63,971 nt of DNA from Bacteroidales bacterium (lineage in GTDB: Bacteria; Bacteroidota; Bacteroidia; Bacteroidales; UBA7960). Below, in pieces: positions 10,035-18,629 of the stretch. The stretch's first letter is position 1. Each line of letters opens with the position of its first letter. The notes under the pieces were generated by a model. It was not told the DNA's origin. It did not search any database and saw only the letters and a list, made by a program, of their open reading frames with translations. The stretch spans positions 1 to 63,971 of the forward strand of contig PWZB01000136.1 of assembly GCA_003567625.1 (NCBI GenBank), written 5' to 3'. The translations under genes and the position numbers were made by a program.

Positions 10035-13000
10035 TCAAATTCCCGTTTGTTCTATCAAAAAATCACGTATTTTATTTCTAAATTTATTAATTTTTTGTTT
10101 TATTATAGGGATTGCGTTTTCTGCAAAGAAAATTGTTTTTGAGAATATATGGTAATATAAGGCAAAATATAGTAACAATGTAAAAATCCAAAGTATAATG
10201 AGATTAAAATAGAATGTATCATATAAATTGCCCAAAAAATGTTTTCTTGGTGCCAGGAAGTGTGACCTGAAATTAAATAATCTTTGATCCTGCGGGTCAA
10301 GATATATTGGATCGGTTTTTTGCACCAGGTGGTTATTAAGCCTTACAAGTGGTAATTCAACCATGACATTTTTGACAAAACTTGTAAGGTATTCATTATG
10401 ATAATCATTCATCAGTTGGCGATACTCCTTATGCTTTTCAGGTGTTCTTATCCTTTTTGCAATTTCCTCATCAATTGCATTGTTTACAGTATTAAAACGA
10501 GCCCGGTAAAAATCATTTAATTTTTCCAAATAGCTGGTCAGGCTATCTGCAAGCGAGGGGTTAAACTTGCCGGGTACAAGCTTATTTATTTGATTGAATT
10601 TATAATCGTGATACTGTGTGAATATGCTTTCATGCTCTTTGGTGATTTCATTTCTAAGCAGTTCAAGGTTATCTGCGCAGATAGGCTCTTCGTATCCTTG
10701 CGAAAGCCTGAATTTGTAATCCTCCACATATCTTTTCAGTTCAGGAATATAGTATACATTTTTATAATACAAAGCGCTTTCCAGTTTTCTTCGCGAATAA
10801 AAATCACGGTTATACTTATTGTTAATGTATTGATTAACAACAAGCCCTTCAAAAGCCCATCTTGAAGGCATTATTTCGGCAATAATGGGCACTTTTTCCT
10901 GCCCGCCTCCAATAGCACGGTTTATTTTATCAAAGCTAAACATTGCCCCGGTTAATACCATTTGCGGAATGATTAAAAAGGGAATCAGAATATATATTGT
11001 TATGGCTGAGTTGAAGGCTGAAGAAATATTAAGCCCCAGAACATTTGCAAATGCAGCTAGAGAGAAGAAAACTAACCAATACTCGAAATACATCCCTTTG
11101 ATTCCTAAAATATAATTTCCTACAATAATAAATAAAAATGCCTGGATGGCTGATAATATAAAAAGGATACCTGTTTTGGCGCATAAATAGCTGCTGCGGC
11201 TCAAATTTAAAAACGATTCACGTTTTAGGATTTTCCTGTCTTTGAAAATTTCTTCGGCACTGACGATAAGCCCAAGGAAAAGGGCAACAATGGTGCACAT
11301 GAAGATATAAGGCATGACGTTATCATTATTACGGAAAATATAGACATCAGATGTTGGGTCTTCTACATACCGGATCACGAAAGCAAGCAGAAATCCTAAT
11401 AAAGGAGCTTCAAGCAAGTTAAGTAAAAGGTATTGTTTGTTTGAAATCTTGGAAAAAAAGTCGCGTGAAAAAAATATTTTGTATTGATTCAGCCAATTGG
11501 GTTTTTTGAAAGATTCGGGCAGTTTGTCGAATGCACCTGTTATCTTTTTTACAGGTATTTTATTTTTAAAATGTTCGTACCACTCGGCCGGAGATACTTT
11601 TCGGTTGGCTGTTGGTTGTCCGTACTCATCAACAATTCTTGACTCAATAATGCTGAAAATGGTTTCAGGGTTGACATTACCGCAAGAGGGACATTCACCG
11701 ATATGGCTGTCTATTTGATTGTCAATCTCTTTAAAATATATTGCTGCTTCAACGGGGTTTCCGTAATAAATTTGAAATCCTCCATCATCAAGGATTGTTA
11801 CATTGTCAAACATTTTATAAATTTCGGAGGATGGTTGATGAATAACGACAAATATAAGCTTTCCCCTGACGGTTAATTCCCGCAGAAGTTCCATGACATT
11901 TTCGGAATCGCGTGAGGATAATCCTGATGTTGGTTCATCAACAAACAAAACTGCGGGTTCACGAATCAACTCAAGGCCGATATTCAATCGTTTACGTTGC
12001 CCGCCGCTAATCTCTTTATTAAGGGGGTCTCCTACTTTCAGATTTTTTATGTGCGAAAGGCCCAGGTTGAACAATACTTTGTTTACTTTGTTTTCAATCT
12101 CTTCTTCCGAAAGGCTTTTATATACTAACTTTGTGCTATAATAAAGGTTTTCATAAACGGTAAGTTCTTCAATTAAAAGATCATCTTGAGGAATATATCC
12201 GATGATACCTTTTACAAGGTCACTTTCTTCGTGCAAATCATTAGCGTTTATATATATATATCCCCTGGTCGGTTTTGCCATGCCTGACATCACATTGAGT
12301 AATGTTGTTTTGCCTGACCCGCTGGCTCCCATTATGCCTAACATTTTTCCGGATTGTTCTTCAATGCTGACTTCCCTCAGGCCAATATGACCACTAGGGA
12401 ATCTGTAATGTACTTTATCAATTTTGAAATGTACATTTATTGAGGTATCATCGGATAAAAATTTTGATGCAACATCAGTGTAAAAAATGGGTTTGCCTTT
12501 AGGTTGTTTTATTACACTACCCCTGGCAATCAAGTAAATTTTACGATTATTTATTGGTAAACCGTTCAGTAAAAGTTCCCTGGTCGAAGTATAACGAAGG
12601 AAATAAAGGTCAACACTCTGTATTCGTAAAACAATTATATTTCCTTCAAGTTGAGGGAAAAAAATATGCTTTGCTTTTTTTGTGGGGTTTTTTTTTGAAT
12701 TTATCAGTAAGATTTCCGGAATATCCCAATTTTCGATATTTTCTTCTACTACAAATGTTTCGATAGCTTTATATTCTTCTTTACTTATGTTAAAGACTTC
12801 GGCAGCAGTATCAATAATCGCCATTCTTTGGGGGGTGAATTTTTTGTCTGAATTAACAAGTTCGAATAACCTGACAAGAACAACGATTTTTTGTTTTTGT
12901 GTAAGGGTTTTATTGATTTTTTTGGCTATTCCAAGTGTTTTGACAGAATCTTTAACTGAAGTAAGTTTTGGTTTTTTTTCTTGCTCATTTTCAGAGGCTT

Positions 13001-13175
13001 TTTTATCTCCTACATAGTCATCAAACAGGGCAAGATATTCCTTAACAGAGCTTTCGTTAAGTTGCTGACGAAGAAAATTCTCAACATATACACGTTCGTT
13101 GGTTGACAGGCCAACGTCTTGCTTTGCAATAATTGCAAAGAGCTGCATCAATGCTTTTAGAATTTCTTCACTCAT
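10035..13175 (-). CDS. Fusion protein: N-terminal TerB-like module + unassigned beta-rich region + ABC ATPase + ABC-2-type permease (ABCG-like half transporter)
   Basis: Walker A is GIMGASGSGKTT, the signature is ISGGQRKRLNIGLEL and Walker B is VLFVDEPTSGLSS. Several C-terminal TM helices follow (LLNLLEAPLLGFLLAFVI, IFMCTIVALFLGLIV and others). The N-terminus EILKALMQLFAIIAKQDVGLSTNERVYVENFL resembles TerB/DjlA-N modules; that is pattern recognition only. Confidence 0.8.
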   Translation of the reverse strand: MSEEILKALMQLFAIIAKQDVGLSTNERVYVENFLRQQLNESSVKEYLALFDDYVGDKKASENEQEKKPKLTSVKDSVKTLGIAKKINKTLTQKQKIVVLVRLFELVNSDKKFTPQRMAIIDTAAEVFNISKEEYKAIETFVVEENIENWDIPEILLINSKKNPTKKAKHIFFPQLEGNIIVLRIQSVDLYFLRYTSTRELLLNGLPINNRKIYLIARGSVIKQPKGKPIFYTDVASKFLSDDTSINVHFKIDKVHYRFPSGHIGLREVSIEEQSGKMLGIMGASGSGKTTLLNVMSGMAKPTRGYIYINANDLHEESDLVKGIIGYIPQDDLLIEELTVYENLYYSTKLVYKSLSEEEIENKVNKVLFNLGLSHIKNLKVGDPLNKEISGGQRKRLNIGLELIREPAVLFVDEPTSGLSSRDSENVMELLRELTVRGKLIFVVIHQPSSEIYKMFDNVTILDDGGFQIYYGNPVEAAIYFKEIDNQIDSHIGECPSCGNVNPETIFSIIESRIVDEYGQPTANRKVSPAEWYEHFKNKIPVKKITGAFDKLPESFKKPNWLNQYKIFFSRDFFSKISNKQYLLLNLLEAPLLGFLLAFVIRYVEDPTSDVYIFRNNDNVMPYIFMCTIVALFLGLIVSAEEIFKDRKILKRESFLNLSRSSYLCAKTGILFILSAIQAFLFIIVGNYILGIKGMYFEYWLVFFSLAAFANVLGLNISSAFNSAITIYILIPFLIIPQMVLTGAMFSFDKINRAIGGGQEKVPIIAEIMPSRWAFEGLVVNQYINNKYNRDFYSRRKLESALYYKNVYYIPELKRYVEDYKFRLSQGYEEPICADNLELLRNEITKEHESIFTQYHDYKFNQINKLVPGKFNPSLADSLTSYLEKLNDFYRARFNTVNNAIDEEIAKRIRTPEKHKEYRQLMNDYHNEYLTSFVKNVMVELPLVRLNNHLVQKTDPIYLDPQDQRLFNFRSHFLAPRKHFLGNLYDTFYFNLIILWIFTLLLYFALYYHIFSKTIFFAENAIPIIKQKINKFRNKIRDFLIEQTGI

Positions 13176-13236
13176 TCAGAAGATTTTTATGTAATACAAT
13201 GAAATGCGCTATGATGTAAAAAGGTTTGGCAAAATA

Positions 13237-13611
13237 TTAATAACTATGCATTTCAAATGGAATATCAACAATTTCAGAATATTCTTCACCTGCTTCAAGC
13301 ATATCTTCATCGTCTTCCTGGTAGTACCATTGTACTACCACATCATTACCTTCATTAAGGATGTCTTCAAATTTAAGAAGAATATCCAGAAGGGCTTTAG
13401 AAGACGCTGTATTAAAGTATTCCAGCCTGAATATTACGTTAGTTTTCGGATTAGGATTTTTCCCATATTCTTCAATCCATTGTATAGCCGGAGTGTAAAA
13501 AGTAACCACATCCTCAGGCAACGACCTTCCGGAAAACTCGATTATGTTGTTTTCAGCATCAAGTATTACATTAGGAGTATCATCAGTCCCTTTAATTTTT
13601 ATTACATCCAT
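13237..13611 (-). CDS. SiaC-like regulatory phosphoprotein (DUF1987)
   Basis: 124 aa. IKGTDDTPNVILDAENNIIEFSGRSLPED...IQWIEEY...FRLEYFNTASSKALLDILLKFE...VQWYYQEDDEDMLEAGEEY...PFEM aligns by eye along the whole length of P. aeruginosa SiaC. A Thr is present in the NT(S/A)S motif at residue 68. Confidence 0.8.
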   Translation of the reverse strand: MDVIKIKGTDDTPNVILDAENNIIEFSGRSLPEDVVTFYTPAIQWIEEYGKNPNPKTNVIFRLEYFNTASSKALLDILLKFEDILNEGNDVVVQWYYQEDDEDMLEAGEEYSEIVDIPFEMHSY

Positions 13612-13627
13612 ATTTATAAATTTTAAA

Positions 13628-14209
13628 TTAATCGATACTTCTTGAAATTTTAGTTCTTAAAATAAAAAACCGGTTATTCTCGTCCATTTCTGCAAAATGG
13701 TATTCCAGTTTTTCGCCGGTTTTCCTTGCAATATCAATCAGCCCTAGTCCTGCTCCCCCTTTATCGGATACTGATCCTTCCCTCATTTGTTTCTTAAACA
13801 ATTCTTTCAGGCCTTCTTTATCAAGCTGGTTAATTTTTTCCAATAGAGCTTTAAGTTCAGGCACCCTGTTTTTATCTACAGCATTGCCGGTAATAACCTG
13901 GTATTCATTTTCTTCTTTACCTATTTTACCCACAATAAAAATACCATTACCGTATTGTCCTTTATTACCCTTGTATTCATATTCTTCGGCATGTTTGCTA
14001 AGGTTTTGCAAACATTCAACCATAACATGAAAAACTTTTCTTTTTATCGAGGTATTTTCGCTGTAGCTGTTCATTTTATTTTCAGCCAACGATGTAAAAG
14101 CTTTTGTTATTTGATGCGTTATCTCTCCATCGTAGACTAAAGTGAATTTTTTAGCCATCATATCTTCATGTAAAGAGCAGATTAGCTTCAAGTAGTTTGA
14201 ATTTTCCAT
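13628..14209 (-). CDS. SiaB-like protein kinase (GHKL/anti-sigma-kinase-like)
   Basis: 193 aa. The C-terminal G-box is DKGGAGLGLIDIARKTGEKLEY. Its size and its position immediately upstream of the DUF1987 gene (16-nt gap) match siaB-siaC. Confidence 0.7.
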   Translation of the reverse strand: MENSNYLKLICSLHEDMMAKKFTLVYDGEITHQITKAFTSLAENKMNSYSENTSIKRKVFHVMVECLQNLSKHAEEYEYKGNKGQYGNGIFIVGKIGKEENEYQVITGNAVDKNRVPELKALLEKINQLDKEGLKELFKKQMREGSVSDKGGAGLGLIDIARKTGEKLEYHFAEMDENNRFFILRTKISRSID

Positions 14210-14281
14210 TTTTGTGTTTTTTCAATTATTAAAAATCGAATTTTATTTACGTGCAATTTTACAAAATAAATGTTTATAAAC

Positions 14282-16873
14282 CTAAAATCTAATACCTATC
14301 ATAAGCACATCGTCAATTTGTTTATTATCTCCCAGCCATTTTATATAGTCATTTTTAAAATAAGCTAATACTTGATTCATTGGGATGTCTTTGTTTTTGA
14401 TAATAGCCTCTTTTATTCTTTTCGGGAAATATTTTTTCCCTTCAGGGCCTCCAAATTGGTCTGACAAACCATCGGAGAATATATATATTGCATCACCTTT
14501 TTTAATATCAACAACAAAATTTTCAAACTTGGGTTCCGGTTTTCCTGGCCTGGGTATTCCGCCGATTGCTGTTCTTGTTCCTCTAAATTCTTTCAGGTTT
14601 CCATCACGAACAAGGTATAACGGTCTGTGTGCACCTGCAAACTGCAGTTGCATTTTCTTAGTATTGATTTTGCATAAAGCTATATCCATCCCATCTCTTG
14701 CACTTGCGTCATCAAGGTCTTGTTTAAGAGTTTTTTGAACACCCCGGTGCAATTGACAGAGTATATCGCCAGGATTATGATCTTTTGGCTGACTGACGAT
14801 TTGGTTTATCAAAAAATATCCGATCAAAGAAAGCATAGCACCTGGAACGCCATGTCCGGTACAGTCAATAGCAGAGATAAAAACAGAATCATCTTTTTCG
14901 TATAGCCATGGAAAATCACCGCTAACAATATCTCTTGGTATATAAAACAAAAAGGAATCTGGAAATATGTTTCTTATTTGTTTTTGGTTTGGCAATAATG
15001 CATTTTGAAGCCTGAAGGCATAGTTTATACTATCGGTAATTTTTGCGTTTTTTTCTTTTATTTCCTGTTCAATTTTTTTCAGCTCGGTTATATCATGAAG
15101 GATAAAGAGTATTGTTTCCAGGCGGTCTTCCTCGTTAAATTCGGGAATAGCATTAGCATTGATGATGTGTTGTTCTTCATTGACCGGGAAAGAAATTTCA
15201 GTTTGAACCTTTTGCTTTTTATTTATTACTTTTTCAACTGTTTGATCAATAAATGTTGTTAACTCTTCGCGCAGGTCAACTTCGTTAAGATGTTTTTTGT
15301 GAAACTCTTCTGATTTCAGTTCCGAGTAGCATTCTATAGCCGGGTTGGCATAGAAAAATTGCCTGTTAAGGTCAACCCTGATAATGATATCGGGGCTGTT
15401 GTCGGAGAGCGTTTGCATTTGTCCGCGCATTCGCTGTTCTTTTTCAGCTCTTTTGCGTTCGGTAATGTCGGTAGTATTCAGAAGAAGGCCATTAATAGCG
15501 GGGTCATGCAACAGGTTACGACCGGTCGTTTCCAAAAACATTATCGAACCATGCTTGTTAAGATATGTATATTGAATCTCCTGGGGCTGGTCCGGATTTT
15601 TCAGGAGGTTTTCAAACATCTGGTTTATAGTATTCTGACCTCTTTTGTTAGTACGGTCAAAATCTTTGCCCGCAAACATATCCTCTTCAGTATAACCCAG
15701 TATATTTTTTACTGAAGGGCTGACATATTTTAATTTCTTGTTTTTATCGTATATGGTTATCAGCTCAGATGCATTTTCCAATAAAGAATAAAGCCTTTTC
15801 TGGCTCCGGTTAACTTCTTCTACCTTTTCTTCAAGATTAATGTTTGTTTTTTCGAGCTCTTCTTGTGTAAGACGCATCTCTTCGGCGTTTTGCCGGAGTT
15901 CCTCTTCATTTTCCTTAAGTTCCTGGGTCATTTCCTGCGATTCTTTCAAAAGGCGCTCGGTTTTTTCGGTTATTTTAAGATTATATATGGTTTGGGCTAC
16001 GATTTCAGCAATGCTTTTCACAAATTTTATCTCGTGTTCTTTAAAGCGTTTAAATGATGCGAATTCAAACGCCCCCTGCAGTTTTTCTTCCATAAAAATC
16101 GGTACGATAAGAATACTGTCGGGTTTTTTTTCACCAAGTATTCCGGATGTAATTGAAAGATAATAATCGGGAATTTCCGTACGGTGAACTATATCTCTTT
16201 CAATTGCTGCCTGTCCAACAAGCCCTTCTCCCACTTTTACTTCGCCTTTTAAGTATTTTCGGCGGTTGTATGCATATGAAGCGCTAACATAAAGTTTTTC
16301 AATTTCATCATCATAAATGTGAAAAACACCCTGAACCACATCAATATAATGAATCAAAGCTTCAAGTACTTCCTGAGATAGAATATTTACATCATTGTGT
16401 TTCCTGAGTATCTGGTTGATCTTATCTTTGCCAACCATTTCCCAGTTTTGCAGTGATTCTTTTTGATTGTTTTCGTGCAGTGTATCACGAAGGTTTTGTA
16501 GTGTCTTCCCAAGGGTATCGGATTCATCAGTTATTTCAAAGTCAATATCAAACTGGCCATTACCAATTTTCTCGGCAAATTCAGCAACACGGTTGATATT
16601 CTCGGTTTGGCTAATTAGTTGACCCTGAAGGGTATCGTATTGTTTTTGTAATTCTTCTTTTTTCTCAATTATCAAGTATCCCGTTATGGCAAAAACAATT
16701 GGTATTGTATCAAGTATTATCAATACGGGGTTTTGACGATGTATTTCTAAAATCCCCGATAAAGTAAATTCAATACCGGATTTACTTAATTCTATAATCC
16801 AGGCAAGAAATGGAAAAAGAAATCCTAAACCAAAAAGTAATAAAATAAATTGTTTTTTATTCAAAGACTTCAT
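14282..16873 (-). CDS. Membrane-bound multi-sensor PP2C (SpoIIE-type) phosphatase, SiaA-like: 2 TM + HAMP-like + GAF + coiled coil + 2 PAS + PP2C
   Basis: TM helices lie at residues 8-28 and 49-69. The GAF region includes GEGLVGQAAIERDIV...ILIVPIF. An acidic coiled coil covers residues 305-362. PAS-type segments follow. The C-terminal SpoIIE/PP2C domain shows DIVSGDFPWLY, AIDCTGHGVPGAMLS, IYIFSDGLSDQFGG and DDVLMIGIRF. Confidence 0.85.
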   Translation of the reverse strand: MKSLNKKQFILLLFGLGFLFPFLAWIIELSKSGIEFTLSGILEIHRQNPVLIILDTIPIVFAITGYLIIEKKEELQKQYDTLQGQLISQTENINRVAEFAEKIGNGQFDIDFEITDESDTLGKTLQNLRDTLHENNQKESLQNWEMVGKDKINQILRKHNDVNILSQEVLEALIHYIDVVQGVFHIYDDEIEKLYVSASYAYNRRKYLKGEVKVGEGLVGQAAIERDIVHRTEIPDYYLSITSGILGEKKPDSILIVPIFMEEKLQGAFEFASFKRFKEHEIKFVKSIAEIVAQTIYNLKITEKTERLLKESQEMTQELKENEEELRQNAEEMRLTQEELEKTNINLEEKVEEVNRSQKRLYSLLENASELITIYDKNKKLKYVSPSVKNILGYTEEDMFAGKDFDRTNKRGQNTINQMFENLLKNPDQPQEIQYTYLNKHGSIMFLETTGRNLLHDPAINGLLLNTTDITERKRAEKEQRMRGQMQTLSDNSPDIIIRVDLNRQFFYANPAIECYSELKSEEFHKKHLNEVDLREELTTFIDQTVEKVINKKQKVQTEISFPVNEEQHIINANAIPEFNEEDRLETILFILHDITELKKIEQEIKEKNAKITDSINYAFRLQNALLPNQKQIRNIFPDSFLFYIPRDIVSGDFPWLYEKDDSVFISAIDCTGHGVPGAMLSLIGYFLINQIVSQPKDHNPGDILCQLHRGVQKTLKQDLDDASARDGMDIALCKINTKKMQLQFAGAHRPLYLVRDGNLKEFRGTRTAIGGIPRPGKPEPKFENFVVDIKKGDAIYIFSDGLSDQFGGPEGKKYFPKRIKEAIIKNKDIPMNQVLAYFKNDYIKWLGDNKQIDDVLMIGIRF

Positions 16874-16999
16874 TTTTTAAACCGTCTTATATTCCAGAGC
16901 TTTTTTTACAAATGATTTAATAAAACTTGATTTGATATTCAAAAATAGTGGAATTCAGTTCAATTTTCATTTTTTTTATTAAAAAAATTTAAACTTAAA

Positions 17000-17893
17000 T
17001 TATTGTTTTGCAGTAATATTAATGTTCTCAAAATATTTGCCTATTTCTGCTCCAATGTTTTTAAAAAGATTAATATCATATTTTTCATAGGGCTTAAATG
17101 AAGCTATTTCTATTATACCAAGGATATTTTGTTTCTTTTTATTAGTTATCGGAAAAATAGCCATATTGTTTGGAGTTCCGCTTCCAAGCCCTGAAGAAAC
17201 TGTGATATAGCCTTCCGGGATATTGTCAAGATTAATAGGATCTCCTTGTTTGGCGACCTGTCCGACCAACCCTTCTCCAATCTCAAACTCAAAGATCTTT
17301 TCTTCAGGAATATAATAGGCATACGTTGCCATTAAAACCAATTTATCTTTTTTATTATCTGATTGCTTTAAATACAATTCACCTTGTGCAAGTTCATAAA
17401 ACTTGCCAATACATGACAAAACTGTCTTTGATATTTTTTTTGGGTCTTTGATTTTTGGGATGTTTTCTTTAAAACATTCAATCATTTTTTTTTCTCTTTC
17501 CTCATATTGCTTTTCCAATTGTCTTATACGTTCTTTTTCCTTTTGTGCTTTTTCTTCTTCCGACTCATCTTCCTTTTTTATTGAAGTATATTGATCAGGT
17601 GATTGCCGGTCCGGGATTTTCTTTTTCAATTGCGCCATTAAATTACTCAATTCAATAACAGCAAGAATAAAAAAAGTGGTAAATGGAATAACCAAAAGCA
17701 GGATCATGAAAAGGAATAAATAATAAAATTCTATCTCAACATTAGCGAATTCGGGTGTTTGCGAAAGAGTATCATATATAGCATTGCTGTATCTGAACAA
17801 AAAGAGGGAAAAAATTATCATTACAACCGCCAGAACAAGATATATAATGAATTTTCCGTACCTGAATAATTCCTTAAATTGATTATTTTTCAT
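17000..17893 (-). CDS. Membrane-anchored GAF-domain protein
   Basis: It has two N-terminal TM helices, a Glu/Lys-rich coil (EDESEEEKAQKEKERIRQLEKQYEEREKKM) and a C-terminal GAF-like region (GEGLVGQVAKQGDPINL...MAIFPI...GIIEIASF). Confidence 0.7.
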   Translation of the reverse strand: MKNNQFKELFRYGKFIIYLVLAVVMIIFSLFLFRYSNAIYDTLSQTPEFANVEIEFYYLFLFMILLLVIPFTTFFILAVIELSNLMAQLKKKIPDRQSPDQYTSIKKEDESEEEKAQKEKERIRQLEKQYEEREKKMIECFKENIPKIKDPKKISKTVLSCIGKFYELAQGELYLKQSDNKKDKLVLMATYAYYIPEEKIFEFEIGEGLVGQVAKQGDPINLDNIPEGYITVSSGLGSGTPNNMAIFPITNKKKQNILGIIEIASFKPYEKYDINLFKNIGAEIGKYFENINITAKQ

Positions 17894-18026
17894 TTATAAA
17901 TCTATTGTATTATATATAAAAAATTATGCTGTATTATAATTTTTTAAGCGTTAAAAGTAAACAATTTTGAACTATATTATTAGATATTTTATCAATTTTA
18001 TATTAAATTTTTATTATAATAAAAAA

Positions 18027-18596
18027 CTATTTTTGTAATAATAAATAAAAAAATTTAATTATTTCATCACTTTTAAGAACATAGTCAACATTTTTGGTTT
18101 TATCAATAGCAGCCACCGGCATAGTTGGCATTTGTGCATCTGAGGGATTTTGTACAACCGTGATGCCTCCATAATCCTTTATTTTTTTCAATCCTGAAGC
18201 TCCATCTTTATTTGCGCCTGACAAAACAACACCAACACATTTGTTTTTATAAGCATATCCACCTGTCATAAATGTCAGATCAATACTTGGCCTGGAGTGG
18301 TTAACAGATTGTTCTGTTGATAAAGCAAACGTGCCTGTAAGCTCAATATATAAATGATAATTAGCCGGTGCCAGATATATGTAACCGGATTTGATTTTAT
18401 CTTTGTCAAATGGTTCAACAATAGGCATGTTTGATTTGAAAGACAATGTTTCAACAAAACCATGCCTTACATGTTTTAAACGGTGCAATGCCAAAACTAC
18501 CGGTATGGGATAATCTTTTGGAAGACCTGATATAAGCTTTGTTATGACCTGAAAACTTCCCGCTGACCCCCCAATAATTATCAATTTAATATTCAT
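18027..18596 (-). CDS. cheB: CheB-type protein-glutamate methylesterase, catalytic domain only (no receiver domain)
   Basis: 189 aa. Motifs: IIIGGSAGSFQVI (Ser), VVLALHRLKH (His), VVLSGANKDGASGLKKIKDYGG (Asp region), VVQNPSDAQMPTMP. The ORF begins directly with the catalytic domain. Confidence 0.8.
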   Translation of the reverse strand: MNIKLIIIGGSAGSFQVITKLISGLPKDYPIPVVLALHRLKHVRHGFVETLSFKSNMPIVEPFDKDKIKSGYIYLAPANYHLYIELTGTFALSTEQSVNHSRPSIDLTFMTGGYAYKNKCVGVVLSGANKDGASGLKKIKDYGGITVVQNPSDAQMPTMPVAAIDKTKNVDYVLKSDEIIKFFYLLLQK

Positions 18597-18629
18597 TTAA
18601 ATAATGTATTGCCTGTTATCAATTTATTA

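Noticed and set aside
13204-13626. 140-aa + strand ORF
   Set aside because: It is antisense to the SiaC-like gene, which has a full-length family match. The ORF is an AT-rich, Phe/Ile/Lys/Tyr-rich artefact.
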